64,000 nucleotides of DNA from an uncultured virus (IMG/VR IMGVR_UViG_3300010226_000003) (taxonomy: Duplodnaviria; Heunggongvirae; Uroviricota; Caudoviricetes): the IMG/VR virus record IMGVR_UViG_3300010226_000003; one strand, given 5' to 3'. Positions 10,901 through 22,105 of the stretch are shown piece after piece. The notes under the pieces are model-generated. The model was given only the letters and a program-made list of their open reading frames with translations. It ran no database searches and had not been told where the DNA came from. Made by a program: the position numbers and the translations under genes. The stretch's first letter is position 1; each line of letters starts with the position of its first letter.

Positions 10901-10988
10901 TCCATTCAGAAACATTCGTTCCATCGTTGGAACGAAGCTGAATGTTGTAGTCAGTACCTGGGGTAAGATCTCTTAGAAGAATTCTCAT
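4959..10988 (-). CDS. large minor tail / central fibre protein (FN3 and carbohydrate-binding-like domains)
   Basis: 2009 aa; DTTAPGVPTGL/DTTAPSAPTGF FN3 repeats, NSGFETNTTGW and FEDGITGW CBM-like modules. Confidence 0.85.
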   Translation of the reverse strand: MRILLRDLTPGTDYNIQLRSNDGTNVSEWSRVFPMTTVTDTLAPAPVQNVTWVVNRSAFSGKWDAVTQNEDASPLLDFSHYIVRIQSGVTYKDVRTTNNFYDLPFETNKAFFGTPQATLSITVFAVDTTGNFSDASSTVSATNPPPPDPTGVVAAGIVGGVSMRWDVQSIDDLAAYDVYMSTSGSGFTPTTSNRIYSGTGNTVVYDSSSLGVIHYFKIRSRDVFDSISNYVTVSATPISPTDVDTTAPGVPTGLAATMATDTNDSAFATAAVSWTAPSDTDLAGYVVRYKQNASTTYDYVNVPVGTTSITIGGLVVGVQYNFSVQSFDRSTNRSAFSTAVNATAANTAPSTPAAPTASTGSLQLQVNHALQKSTTGRLEADVAYLEVHLGTTSTFTASDSTLIGQLQVEPGSTFVSEVFPVAVTDSTTGKWVRVIAVDRGGLKSSASAVAAVTIGLIVNTNIADATITSAKINNLDANKITAGTGIINDLLIKSALTVDTGGVIKSTNYVAGTSGYQLSNTALEINGGTIKAAALQLQDAPNIVLPQFADYEFQTTFYTGKHFTFNDGGTTSWAIATAPEIPASKFGTQALKHTWTGGGTFSRVYQAATSTDYNTLCEPNTDYIFSAYVLNLTGSGNKVVGLAVKLADGTFVQPGATPTITANSTWTRISGTFNTGNNTSFLTYLSLYTTGTVYFDGLQIERKLTSLTTPSPWRAPSYTTIDGGIIRTGEIRSTALANGLSGQPAWSINMTGGAQFGDATVRGRIVVGDPTNPTGDGVNSRIHSANYSAGTSGWIIRNDGYAEFRNLAVNSIKVTALDSPMQNNTYAKLFDYMQDGTLWLTYGSVTQKTDPGAYSAESLFEFSGPGLVLRNATGVTKVAYDPTILYRISARIRAYSVATLNSNSGFETNTTGWFAYGTNSITRDTTKKFTGTASVRWDQVGSSNGVYGMGTVVNVKPGYSYTFSARMLPNNTIIRDNLKMNIVWKDAANATISTTFNDMPAPVDTNGVVIPIDGVTWSQFSSVGVAPVGAVTASFEIQAGISGSPVAGIQGWFDDVTVTTPPRIKVGLFGFDNNSNIIDWDYVDDATTPTKKHTMPTDYSLLSGYAANQYMLVQNNTEVQVATGSSATTSDWITVTGYVRGRGGAGTTGVLGTQGQHNDPYDPASLNQAVRYLVPYVEWDVAAGSIAQLDQFSIEAYENGAPAKVATTDVNGEKAGSVENIQGSIFDHAIRFYAGEVDEQLPGMIGHVMDGDWNDASHLRIAPPLINKNANYGSVFVGLYDRNPNYIYDATFEDGITGWSGMANTALTQETTVGREDTNSLKITATGTISSPATTELLGKYSVSTLTNQELIGQKVTVTGYAMMGTATGRNVRLVVKFMDEAGAMIQGYFIEKAVTNTAWVNFSFISPIVIPDTCYSVEFSFSWFNGATGDIVYVDDVQLEMGTRTDFRTASGSRIMLQSDYVKSNGGIIVSKSELDLPDNVWGATVGGRPDTPFYPGIILQSEGGTGAVRMVNYTDSNGNRASTQLTNFSPAGAEEHGIRFYGMNDAVYPGRWVLTNANGQFVMSSYADDDADMMTSRNVRVYGHLDVDGTPPWANMTLTNGYTVVSGAYTPSYWTSNGNVYLRGLLGTAIKGATSSQYFATLPSGFRPAKTVYLPTVGYNDVSSALSCVVVINTSGGCFWYATDGTATTRTFLLLDGLSFSTAPDATTTTPTGDTTAPSAPTGFKITALTSSTTTGTYRLNWTNPSASDTAGVKVIWRSDRYPTVTIAGSGTKTLTTDGKIITVTGGASAAKQYDHSGLPVNKTIYYRVVSYDSSGNHSTYVSASRYLLASPVTVTANSSDSYRLGYGGMWRNDGDDVYQGDWTGNDNHRGLYFYGTKIYDALNAGGVVRTPTKATIYLKRMSTAHGNNTGVGINLRGHIYQTKPSGDPVGGMTNEGSDGDDIVFLSRGEAATVTIPSSWYNNIVDATAANRIEGFGVYGSGTGDYAVMYGVGSGSSYGKITLYHKG

Positions 10989-11782
10989 ATGTTGATTTCC
11001 AATGCGTACTCAATGTCCATTTCGCTGTCGTTGGTCTTTGTCTTTGGAGTAGAAAGGACTGTTCTGGCTACCAAAGCATAATCGTTGCTGATTGTATCGC
11101 TGTCTTCTGCTCGGATTCCATCGAATACGATATTACCAGTTCCAGTTGCTGACACAGTGATCTTGGTGATGTTTTCCCAATCAGGAGTTCCTGTTGCTGT
11201 CATTGCTGTCTTTCCGAATGACTTTACTTCGTATCCTGTAGCCGCAGCAAATGTGTATGAGTAGTAATTTGTATCGTCAGTCTTAAACTGAACTGTTATG
11301 TTGTTAATAGCTGCGTCTGCTGAATAGGCAAGGGAAAGGAAGTCGGCATCTGAATAGCCTGATAGATCAATGGCGATGTCTGCCAATGTGCTACTCTGAC
11401 CACCGGCAATTTGCAGTGCATCAGTTCCAATTCTGGCAATAGTGGTATCCCATGTTCCTGTATCCCAGGCTTCTCCTGTTGAGTCAAAGTCTACAATGAT
11501 TGAGCTAGCTCCAGCATTCTGCGCCGGGCTTCCAAACCACAATCCTACCTCGTAGATCTTTCCAACGAATTCCTGTGGGATGACACCCTTGAATACGATC
11601 TTGTCGTTCACAATGTCCGCTGCCGTGATGGTTACCAGAACTCTGTTCGTTTCGAAATCCAGAACTGTGTCATTTATGGAGGCAGCACTATTACCCACGC
11701 CAATTGCAATTGATTCTGCAATGCGTGGGACGTACCCGGCCAGGTAACGGAAAATGATTGACTTGCCTTGAGTAGTGATCAT
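10985..11782 (-). CDS. minor tail protein
   Basis: 265 aa, MITTQGKSII...IAIGVG...YEVGL; tail module position. Confidence 0.7.
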   Translation of the reverse strand: MITTQGKSIIFRYLAGYVPRIAESIAIGVGNSAASINDTVLDFETNRVLVTITAADIVNDKIVFKGVIPQEFVGKIYEVGLWFGSPAQNAGASSIIVDFDSTGEAWDTGTWDTTIARIGTDALQIAGGQSSTLADIAIDLSGYSDADFLSLAYSADAAINNITVQFKTDDTNYYSYTFAAATGYEVKSFGKTAMTATGTPDWENITKITVSATGTGNIVFDGIRAEDSDTISNDYALVARTVLSTPKTKTNDSEMDIEYALEINI

Positions 11783-12147
11783 ACCTTTGTCATCCTAACG
11801 TCGATCTGAATTGATTCGTCAACATCTGGAACTTCCAGAATAACATCAACAACCTGCTGGCCATTTTCACCGGCTCTAATTGTCTGACTAACAACGATCA
11901 CTGTATCCGGAGGAAGAAGAACTGAGGTTTCATTGTCTTCACCAGTTTCTTCTGGTTCATCAACTTCGGATAGAGTGTCGCTATCGACATCGAGAACATC
12001 GTCGGTGTCAATTACGTCAGTGGTCTCTTCTTGATCGACCTCGATTTCATCAGGATAACGTGCATCAACGACCCCAGGTGGTAGGAAGAAATTGGGGTCG
12101 AGGATGATGTCCGGCTTCTTGATTACTTGATTGCTGTTAATGCTCAT
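11779..12147 (-). CDS. acidic hypothetical tail-region protein
   Basis: 122 aa, leaderless promoter upstream. Confidence 0.7.
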   Translation of the reverse strand: MSINSNQVIKKPDIILDPNFFLPPGVVDARYPDEIEVDQEETTDVIDTDDVLDVDSDTLSEVDEPEETGEDNETSVLLPPDTVIVVSQTIRAGENGQQVVDVILEVPDVDESIQIDVRMTKV

Positions 12148-12183
12148 GAAGCAATTATATCTGAGTGTTACCTCAAAGCAAAA

Positions 12184-15100
12184 TTAAGCCTTTACGCGAC
12201 GCAAAGTGAGTTCTGTGTCATCGAATCCACCATTGAATCCACGGCGAATTCCTACAACAAAGTATCTATGCGTTACAGGATCGAAATCCTTTTGTGGGTA
12301 GTTAATGGATACGATGTCTCCAAGCTGGATCAATGGATTACCAAAGATCGTTGCTTCCACCTCGTCACATCCATCTGCCCAGTGATAAGTAATCCAGTCT
12401 GCTAGTGCCTGAGCTGCTGCCTCAGTCTGAATCCAATCTGACTGAACTTCTGTTTCAACAATTCCACGGCGACGAATTGCATCTTCGTTCTTAGAAACAA
12501 TCGTCTTCTCCTCTTCCTTGTTAACAGTTCTGCCATAGATCATCATCTGCTGAGTTACAGGATTGTCTGCACCAAAGGTAAGTGTGTCCTCACCATTAAG
12601 CACCGCGTTTGACCTGTAAGCGTTTGAAAGAATGAACTTGGCTCCGAATGGGTCAGCAGTGTATTCCGGATTGATTACCTGGCTCGTGTTGGAGAAGTAA
12701 AGATTTGAGTGGACAGCCGGGAACTTCTCGAACTGCACATCAAACTCTCTTACTTCGTGACCAATTGGACCAAAGTCATCAAAGAATCTCTGAGCATATC
12801 TGGCCCATAGAAACTTCTTTCTCTTCTTTACAATGTGGCTTGTGTAGTGCCACTTATATACCCATTCTGAGTCAGCCTGACTGCTTACAATTCCACCGCG
12901 AATTCTATCAAACATAGCAGTTGAATCGATATGCAGATCCTCAGTCGTTCCATTTCCGTAAAGGTACTCAAAGTCCGCGTGAGTGCTTCCACGGGTAAAG
13001 ACCCCGAATCGTCCAGTCAAAGGCTCCTTCTTGGCAACGGGAATGGTAAACGTCATGGTTGGAATACCATTGATGCTCACCTGAATTACGTGACCAACTA
13101 GTGCCCCTGGATCTCCATAAACACCATTCTCCATTCGGATAGCAATGTCAATGTCGTACCAGACATTCTTGGAGATGGCCATGGCCACACCCTTACCCTT
13201 ATCTGGTCCAAATCTCTCAAGCTTTCCAGTTGATCTTCTGATGTAGAAGTTACATTCGTTCTGATACTTTCTTCCACCAGGAAGTCTGTCAGTTCGGCAA
13301 AGCTCAAGGAAGTAGCCCTTGTCCTTCGTTCCGAGGTTGAATGCAATTCCTGCCATTCCATTGTTGTATCCAGAATCTCTGAATCTCACTCTGGTGCCGA
13401 CATACCAAATGCTCTTGTCTGTTTCGCTACCACGAGAGGCAACATAACAGGTATTGATATTCGTCTTTGTCGTAGCCTTCAAGCTGATCGTTGACTGATC
13501 CTTATTGAGAACGAATCCACCAGTCCATGTCTTGTAGTCTCCATTATAACTGGCAACCTTCACTCCGTATCCAGATGCGTCATCCTTGTGGACCGCAGGA
13601 TATGTATTCCATAGACCTCGCTCAACACTTCCATACCATCCAGAGAAGTAGTTCTTGTAAGCAAGTTCTGGTGAACTTAGCTCCTCATCGATCTGCTTCT
13701 TTTCGTCAGCATTCTTGAGTGCCTTGAATGTCAGAACTCCAGACTTGTTGTAGTACCAATAGCCCTTTGTTCCATAGCGCATCAGCTCACCTTCGATTTC
13801 TACAATTCCCTGATAAGGCCACACGGCTGCCTCAGAGCCTGTCATGCGAATGAAGTCCTGAGTAGAGTTCATGGTTTCACGTAGCTGACTGCTTCGAAGA
13901 ACAACATCACCTTCCGGCTGCCACACGACATCCATCTTTGGAACTCTTCTAACCATATCGGAAATGCTCGTCTTGCTGTATCGAACGGTGACATTGTTTG
14001 CTTCGTAGTCATAAGCCTGAGACATTTCAACAATGTCCGGCTGCTTTGTTCCGTCCTTTACACCATCAAGCTGCCATGCAATTGGGTTTCCGATATTGTA
14101 TGCTCGGTCTCTCGTGAGAATCTGCAATACACCAAATTCATCAAAGTAGATCGCACTCTGCGTGGTGACTGCGAGATTTGAGAAGATCTCCCAAATGCTC
14201 TTTTCGCCATCAGTCCAGAAGTATGGAACAAGAGTGGCCTTGTCATCATCAATCTTTTCGTAGCTGTAGTCAGAGAATCCGATAACGTCACAGAGCTGCC
14301 ATACAATTCGACCAATGGTCATCTGCTCAAAGAACATCTTCGGAGGCTTGATTTCCTGCATGAACTTTGATGCATCCTTTAGAGATACTGTACAGCTTTC
14401 TTCTCCTTGTCCCTGCCAGTTGTCTACATACATAGTGAATTGTCTAATGTATGAGAAACCACTTCCACCGGCCGGTGTCTGGTCAATTCCCAGGCTATAA
14501 GTCATCTTGACATTCTTGTCAATCAATCCATAGAACATTGAATCTGCATTTGTATTGTTGTATCTTCCATCAATGTTTGAAAGCTCAACGGACGCCGTAT
14601 TTGATGACGCATTTCCAAGAGGAGTCAGAAAGTTGGTGTCAGACATGGTGAAGTTGTAATCAGCAGTCATCAGAGTTGAAGTCATATCAACTTCTAGTCT
14701 GGCAGACATCTCGATGATCTCCAGATACTTCTTCAATGCAGAAACAGTGTTGACCATGAGTCGGACACCCTTAATTTGAATAGGGTTGTCACGGTAAACA
14801 GTTGTTCCCCACGTTCCATTTGCCTGGCGATAGATAGTGACCTGACCATCTGAATTGGCAATGATGTCGCTGGCTACAGTCGTCCAAGTGGTTCCATTGG
14901 TGGTGATTTGAATATCGTAATCTACTGGCCAGCATCCTGCGGAAGTTTCAAAGAGGAAGTACAGCTTGTTGGTCCAAGATGACGTCTTGTAGATTACATA
15001 TGGCTGTACTGTCTTAGTGAATCCATTGAGGCCGCCGATGAGACTACTTGCCACCGGGCTTGACCAATACTTGTAAATGTCATCATAGTCTGCGACATAG

Positions 15101-15381
15101 AATCTTGTATTAGAAGGTCTGTCTGTATATTCTGTTACAGTTCCCTCTACACCTGCGCGTGCCTTTGCGATACCCTTCTTTGAAGGTCGCAATGGATCAA
15201 CGATTGATTCAATTGGGTAGTATTCGGTGTCATTACCCTCGTCATATTCTGCGGGAGTATTGTCAATTGTCTGGATGCCAGCATATCGGTTATGATTCCA
15301 TTCAGCAATAAGTAGAGGCTTGGCCGTTACGGCAAGCCCTTCCTTTAGTAGCTTGTTTACATAGAATGTCGTTGTTTGCAT
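12184..15381 (-). CDS. minor tail protein (baseplate hub/Tal-like)
   Basis: 1065 aa; C-terminal EDAIRRRG...GNPLIQLGDIV hub-like motif; two genes after TMP. Confidence 0.75.
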   Translation of the reverse strand: MQTTTFYVNKLLKEGLAVTAKPLLIAEWNHNRYAGIQTIDNTPAEYDEGNDTEYYPIESIVDPLRPSKKGIAKARAGVEGTVTEYTDRPSNTRFYVADYDDIYKYWSSPVASSLIGGLNGFTKTVQPYVIYKTSSWTNKLYFLFETSAGCWPVDYDIQITTNGTTWTTVASDIIANSDGQVTIYRQANGTWGTTVYRDNPIQIKGVRLMVNTVSALKKYLEIIEMSARLEVDMTSTLMTADYNFTMSDTNFLTPLGNASSNTASVELSNIDGRYNNTNADSMFYGLIDKNVKMTYSLGIDQTPAGGSGFSYIRQFTMYVDNWQGQGEESCTVSLKDASKFMQEIKPPKMFFEQMTIGRIVWQLCDVIGFSDYSYEKIDDDKATLVPYFWTDGEKSIWEIFSNLAVTTQSAIYFDEFGVLQILTRDRAYNIGNPIAWQLDGVKDGTKQPDIVEMSQAYDYEANNVTVRYSKTSISDMVRRVPKMDVVWQPEGDVVLRSSQLRETMNSTQDFIRMTGSEAAVWPYQGIVEIEGELMRYGTKGYWYYNKSGVLTFKALKNADEKKQIDEELSSPELAYKNYFSGWYGSVERGLWNTYPAVHKDDASGYGVKVASYNGDYKTWTGGFVLNKDQSTISLKATTKTNINTCYVASRGSETDKSIWYVGTRVRFRDSGYNNGMAGIAFNLGTKDKGYFLELCRTDRLPGGRKYQNECNFYIRRSTGKLERFGPDKGKGVAMAISKNVWYDIDIAIRMENGVYGDPGALVGHVIQVSINGIPTMTFTIPVAKKEPLTGRFGVFTRGSTHADFEYLYGNGTTEDLHIDSTAMFDRIRGGIVSSQADSEWVYKWHYTSHIVKKRKKFLWARYAQRFFDDFGPIGHEVREFDVQFEKFPAVHSNLYFSNTSQVINPEYTADPFGAKFILSNAYRSNAVLNGEDTLTFGADNPVTQQMMIYGRTVNKEEEKTIVSKNEDAIRRRGIVETEVQSDWIQTEAAAQALADWITYHWADGCDEVEATIFGNPLIQLGDIVSINYPQKDFDPVTHRYFVVGIRRGFNGGFDDTELTLRRVKA

Positions 15382-15384
15382 ATT

Positions 15385-15780
15385 TTATACTTGCTCCATA
15401 CTTACTGATACTTCCCACATGTCATAAGCCCCTCGCTTTACAAGGCTGCTATTGAAGTCTGAAAACATCACGGAATATGTTTCCACCGTGCCGTCTCCAT
15501 AGCTCAATTCCAGATTGAATGCTCCTGGGTTGCTGTTATAGAAATTCTTGATCTCATTAGCTCCCCAGAAGCCATCAACTGTGAATGCAGCAGAGTGCGG
15601 AAGGTTCTGCCATGACACATTGAATGTGCGCTTGTCTGCGACAATGTACTTTCGCATCGTGCCGTCCACCATGCGCTGCTTCTTTTCAATTCGTTCAACG
15701 TCAACTGACAGCTCTCCACGATTGTGGTCTGTGATGGCATTGTTAGCCCATCTCATCAGTCTTGGCTTTAGTAGAATCAC
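15385..15780 (-). CDS. minor tail protein (distal tail-like)
   Basis: 131 aa directly after TMP; RMVDGTMRKYIVADKRTFNVSW. Confidence 0.7.
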   Translation of the reverse strand: MILLKPRLMRWANNAITDHNRGELSVDVERIEKKQRMVDGTMRKYIVADKRTFNVSWQNLPHSAAFTVDGFWGANEIKNFYNSNPGAFNLELSYGDGTVETYSVMFSDFNSSLVKRGAYDMWEVSVSMEQV

Positions 15781-18700
15781 TTGACTACTCTGCTCCTTCC
15801 TCTATTGCCCTCAATCTTGTTGAGTGCCTTTGTGATAACCTTTTCGAAATCAATCTCAGTGTTGATTGCATCAGCATTGATATTGAAATTGTAAGTGTTA
15901 CCGCCTCCAGAGTCAATTCTGTCGATTCCACTTTCAAGCTTAGATGTCAGTGGAGCCGTTAGAACTGCCTCGTTCTTGTGAAGGTTAGCAATCGTGTTGT
16001 CATACTTGATCTTTCCACCGACTGCAAGGCCAGGGATTCCGAAGGTGCCAGGTGGAACAGTGTGTCCATTACGCCATGTCTCGAAGTGAAGGTGAGGACC
16101 GGTTGAATTACCAGTGTTACCGGAGTAACCAATTAGCTGTCCAGCACGAACAGTCTGTCCAACCTGTGCACTTCTATTGGAAAGGTGAGCATAAAGTGTT
16201 CTGTCCATTCCATTTGCAACAATAACGTATCTACCGTATGAACGGTATCCACCGTTTCCACTACCAGGAAGGTCAGTAGAAGTCTGAACGACACCATTCA
16301 TTGCTGACATAACTGGCGTTCCTACTGGAGTAGCAAAGTCAGTAGCTCTTGGCAAGTTATTGTGCTGCGCATATGGTCTAGAAACAGCCGCATTAATTGG
16401 GCGACGGAATCCACCATTACCAGTTAGAGCCTGGAATGTAGTTGCTGCAACAACCTGCTGAGCCATTGCCTGCCACTTAGCATAAGCACCAGGGTATCCA
16501 GAACGCTGAACTGCCTGAGCCTGCTGAGTTAGGCTGAGCTTTGAACGACCCTTCATTGCAAGCAAGTGCTCAAAGAACTTACGTGCTGCGTAAGAAGGAT
16601 TCATGATCTGCTCTGCTGTACCCCAACCCTGGCTAGGACGCTGCTGGAATAGACCAAGAGAGTCACGGTCACCGTAGTTTAGGTTTCGTAGAGTTGACTC
16701 CTGCATAGCTGTCATGATGGAGACGATAAGGTCATTGTTGTTTGCACCCATTCCCTTACCAACACCAATAATGGTAGCAGCGTTCTTCATCTGTTCTGCA
16801 CTTAGGCCAATACCACCGTACATTCCAGCGCCGCCCGGAATTGCCATTCCGTCGATACCCATCATCATGGCCTGCTGAGCGCCCTGCTGAATACCTTCCT
16901 GAATGATAGCCTGCATCATACCAGCCATGCCAGCACCAAGAACACCGGCTAGACCCATGCTGTCACCATAACCACCAATTCCAGGTTCGATGTTTCCGTT
17001 ATTTAGGTTTTCCATGAAGTCAGTTCCGTACTTACGTACAGCCTTATCCTTCATCATGTACTCACCCTTCTTAGCACGGATGTCTACCTCAGAATGGGCA
17101 CGGCTTCCAGAGTAACCAGTTCTACCAGATCCACCAGGCTTTCCGCCAATAAGTCCACCCTCGTGGTGAGAGTCGAGAGCCTTGTTCTTTCCAGACTTCT
17201 CATTTAGACCAGACTTTGGAAGCTTACCTGTTGAAACCCAATCGGAGAACTGTCCAATTGTAAGACCGAATGATCCCTCGGTAATCTCGTTAGCAACAGC
17301 CTTACCAATCTTGTCCCACGCAATTGTGTTCTTTAGATTTGATGCAGCAGTCTTGATGTTCTTGTTAAGGCTGTCCTTGATGTACTTGCTCCAGTCGTCA
17401 CCCTTACCCTTTAGGTTGACACCGTACTTCTTGTATGCAGCTTCAACCTTGGCAATGTGCTCATCAAGCTCCTTCTTGTTACGAGGAACGAATGCCTTTA
17501 GGGTAGCAAGCTCCTGCTCAATTCCCCACTTAGCCTTTTCGTACTTCCTCTGAACGGCCTTGATCTTGTCCTGTGTCTCCTTCTGCAATGCCTCACGCTG
17601 AGCTTGAATCATCTTGTTGTAGGCTTCACGCTCAATCTGAATCTGCTTGTTAGCACGCTCACGAGCAATCTGCAAGGACTTATTGGCAGCTTCACGCTGA
17701 GCATTTAGAGCTTCCTGCTCACGCTCCTTACGCTTTTCAAGCTGCTTCTTTTCTGCCTCTTCCATCTGCTGAATAACCTTGAGACGACGATCTCTCTCGG
17801 CTTCAAGGGAGGTGACCTGCTTGTTTAGACCTTCAACCTTCTTATCAGAAGCAGACTGGCTAGCGGCGGATGCGTCTTCTGTTGCCCAGGTGTCAAGATT
17901 TGCCTGCATGTTGTTACCAATCTTTGCAGCTTCATCTAGATTACCTGAGTTGATTGCAACATTGAAGTCAATGCCCATATTGGCCATTTCGGCAGCACGC
18001 TGAATACGAGTCTTTTCAGCCTCAAAGATCTTCTGGCGTGTTGCTTCGGCATCTTCCTCAGCCTTGATGGCATCCTGAATCTTCTTGATTCGAGCATCGT
18101 AATACTTGTTAGTCTGATCAGTACGCTTGTCCCACTTCTTGTCGTGGTTATCCATGATGGATTCCCACCTGTTGTCAAACGCCTTCTGCTTCTTCTCGTA
18201 CTTCTTGTCGAGAGCTTCCTGCTTGGCTTCGAATCGCTTTTCAGTTCTTTCCTGACGTGCATCGAATATGTCGTCTGCCTTCTCCTGTGCTGCGTCAAGG
18301 GCCTTACCGCGTGCCTCAGCATTGTTGTTAATGCCGTCGATCTCAGACTCCATCTGCTGATTCATCAATTCCTCAGCACGCCCTAGCATCTCTTCCTGGG
18401 TGTTTGCGAAGGTGTCCTTGTAGGCGCTGACGAACTGATCTACGTTGTCAGTGTTGGCTTCCCATGCATCCATGTTCTCGTCAAGAGATACGGTTGACTT
18501 GTCTAGAGCCTTCTTGAATCCGTCTTCAAGCTTTGTGGCATCTTCTAGTCCGGCCATTCTACGGTACATGTTCATGATGTTAAGCTTTTCAGCATCACTT
18601 GTTTCGACACCGGCTCGACTGCGCTCACGTAGAGATGAGTAGTATCCGTCCTCGGCCTGCTTTACAGAAATAAGACTCTGCTTGGTCTTCTCCAATTCAG

Positions 18701-21700
18701 GGATGTACTTGGCAAGATCTCTAAAGTCAGATGTCGCCTTGCCCTGTGGAATACCCTGCATATCTGCGAAAGTCTTTGAGAATCCCTTTACTGCGTCATT
18801 AGCACGCTGGACCTTGTGAACTTCATCAATGGACATTCCAAGCTTCTGAGTGATAGGAGTTCCGTCGTTGTTTCCATTCTCTGCGAAATACTTTGTGAAG
18901 TCAGCGAAGGTCTCAATACCCATCTTCTTGAAGTCAGATGCGTACTTCTTCTTGTAGGTTTCGAATAGCTTGACAGNNNNNNNNNNTGGCAGCGGTAGCG
19001 ATCTTGTCGAATACCTTCTTCTTTTCCTCATCCTGAGTATTGTCAAAGATGTCCCACAGATCCTTAGCGTTCTGACGAACTGCGACTCCAGCCTTCTGCT
19101 GAATTGTTCCTGGGTTAGCGAACCATCTGGCGAAGCTCTCGGACTTGTCCTGATCAAACTTCAAGTTAGTAGCGTCAGACATGTCCTGAGTAGCTTCCTT
19201 GATTCTCTTCTTGATAACATCTGAAACGTCATCGAAGTCAACCTTTACCTTTAGCTGTGATTCGAATTCAGCGTTAGAGAACTTCTCACCCATAATGGCA
19301 AGGGCTACCTTGGTAGCTTCCTGCGCCGCGCTTACTGTACCACCGTGAAGACGAACCTTTGTTCCCTCTTCAATTGCACGAGCCCACTTTTCTGCCTTTG
19401 ACGCATCGTAATACTTCTGCATGTCATTGTAGGCATCCTTGTTGTTCTTCTTGAACTCGTTCATACGGTCGTTCATTGACTTTAGGTTTTCCTGGTTCTT
19501 GGCAACGATCTTCTGCTGCTCAGTGTAGGTGAATCCTAGAGTCTTTGCCCATGCGTCAGCAGACTTCTCGACGTTTTCCTGTTCCTTTCGAGAAGCTGCG
19601 ATGTTCTTGTTAATGAAGTACCAAGCTGCACCAATAGCAAGAGCTGCTGCTAGCATCGTTCCCATGATTGCTGACATACCACCCATTGCCGCAATTGGAC
19701 CTGCCATTGAAGCTCCGATTGAACGGAATGCTGTAACACCACGTGCTGCAATTCCACCGAACATAGAGCTAGCTGCGGTACCTACTGCTGAGATGGCTGG
19801 AAGGACGGCTGTCTTAATAGCTCCACCGACCTTCATGATAGGACCGATTAGCATTGGACCAATGAGCGCCGCGCCGATTGCAATCTGAGAAATGGTGTAC
19901 ATCATGCTGTCAGCATCGGATGCCATAACTCCCATGAATCCTGCTGCAACAGCTACATTCTGGAAACTGCTTCCCATCTGCTGCCAGCTTCTACGGGTTC
20001 CGGCTGCATTCTGATTAATGCTTGCAGAGGATGCCTGAGCTGCCTGCCAATTTCTAACCTCAGCGGCAGTAAGAGTTCTACCAGTGGCGTCACGATATCC
20101 TGCACTGGGATAGGCGCTCCGGAAACAGTTCCAGGACGGACACCTAGTCCACCTCTAGCCTGAGCATTATTCAATCCAACCTGAGCACCAGTTGCTCGTC
20201 CAAGAGCAATTGTGAGTTCATTGATGACTGCGGTTAGTGCTGCAATTTGTCCAGTCTGAGTTTGTGCTGCTACACCAGCCTGCATAGAGGCCAGTCTTGC
20301 TGCTACTTGTTCTGGTAGAAGTGCTCTGAATCTGAATACAAGTCCGAGCATTCCGGCACCGAGCTTTAGAGCCTGACCAAGAAGGTTACCAAATAGACCA
20401 GCAAGCATGATGATAGGACCGGCGATAGCACCAGTGATTACCGCAATTGATGCGAATGTCTTTACAGGGCCAGGAAGCTCATTGAATGCCTTTACGATCT
20501 TAGTAACAGCACCGACAATGTAACCAGCAACCTCAAGGAACGGCTTACCAGCTTCGGCTAGCTGAACCTTTAGAGATTCAATAGCGATCTTTAGTCGTCC
20601 AGATGCTGAATTCTGTAGGGCTTCCATCTCTCGGCTGGCACTGTCTGCCCATGCTGACTGCTCTTGTCCAGCAATCTTGTAAGCCTTACCAACCTGAGTC
20701 GTTTCGTCATTAAGGTTACCCATTTCTTCAACGATGGCCTGTAGACGTGTGGTCTGCTGAGTTCCGAATAGGGCTGCGAATAGAGCCTGACGATTCTTTC
20801 CTCTTAGATTTTCAGTTGCCTTGTTCAGAGCGACGAAGGTTGGGATAACTTCACCATTAGTCTTGTCAGTTAGCTCTGTTAGGGACTGCTTGGTAAGAAT
20901 TTCAAACATGTCCTTAGCCTGCTTTGTTGGCTTAAGGACTCGGGTGAATGACGCCTTAATTGCGTTAGCACCTTCGACAGCATTGATTCCACGGGCACGC
21001 ATTGCAACAAGCAATGTACCTACGTCCTGTAGGCTACCACCAAGAGTCTTCATTGGTGCAGCTACCTTTGGAATAGCCTTAGAGAAGTCTTCGATAGATA
21101 GAGAGGTTGCATTCTCCACCGCGTTCATGTAGTTGAAGTCTTCTGCTAGCTTAGAAGTATTGTCACCATAAACGGACTGCAAGGTGATGGTGGTATCTAG
21201 AGCCTTCTGGTAATCCATTTCACCAAGGGTTGCAAGACGCATAACCTCAGTTGTCTTACCAATAAGCTCATTACCCTTTTCACCGGTCGCGGCTAGATTA
21301 GCCTCTACGCTTAGGGTGTCCTTCATTGAGGCACCGAATTGTTCTGCTGCCGTCTTTGCAGCTCGCATGGAGTTCGCTCTTAGGGTGGCTGTCTCCTGCA
21401 TGTTCTTTGCAGCATTCTGATCCTTCGTAGCAGAGAAGTCGTATACCTTATTGATACGAGTCATCTGTGATTCTACGTCATAAGCAAGCTTACCCATTGC
21501 AGCACCGGCCGCGAGGACAGGCACGGTCAAACCAACCATTAGCTGACGACCGGCCCACTGAGTGTTCTTACCCCACTTGATCATATTCGCAGCAGCGGAA
21601 TTTGCCACTTGGCTAACGAGACCCATCTTAATGGCCATCTCGCCCAGAGCGACATTCATAGAAACGGTTCCGGCTCGTACTGCGTTAAGTGTTTGTCTGA

Positions 21701-22103
21701 AATTTCCTAGGCGTGCTGGAGCGTCCCTAGGAACGATAAGATCGAGAGTGCTGCCGCCGCGTGAATTAGTTGTCCACTGTACAGCGGCAGCTCTGCTCAA
21801 TGCATACTGCTCACGGAGAACCTGATTGAAAGTCTGACGATTCTTTAGTGACTGACGAAGAGTAACATCCTGCTTCTGCAATGCCTTAGTGTACATTTCA
21901 GATGCGGAGGTAACGCGCATTGTCTCGACAGACATATTGCCAAGACCACGAACGTTGTTTCTAAATCCTGCCGCAACTGTCGGTAGAGCAGACCTAGATA
22001 GCTGAGCCTGCATCGCAGCAAGCTGAGCATTAAGTGCCTCGACCTGAGCCGTGGCCTGTCTAAAGTCCGCAGTACCAGTAAAGCGGATATTAATGTTCTC
22101 TAT
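15777..22103 (-). CDS. tape measure protein with C-terminal transglycosylase-like and M23 peptidase domains (broken in assembly by a frameshift near 20110 and an N-gap at 18977-18986)
   Basis: Three consecutive ORFs (19953..22013, 18934..19977, 15777..19157) with TMP-type core, TM-rich and coiled-coil segments, TAMQES...GLFQQRPSQGWG, YAHLS...GPHLHFE; frame open upstream to ATA at 22103. Confidence 0.9.
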
Positions 22104-22105
22104 TG

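Noticed and set aside
18934..19000. TMP split at 18977
   Set aside because: N-gap with apparently overlapping flanks; artefact.
19953..20130. Programmed frameshift within TMP near 20110
   Set aside because: The -1 frame continues sensibly (GYRDATGRTLTAAEVR...) but there is no slippery site and the assembly is visibly imperfect; more likely an indel error. Raw reads are needed to exclude a real event.
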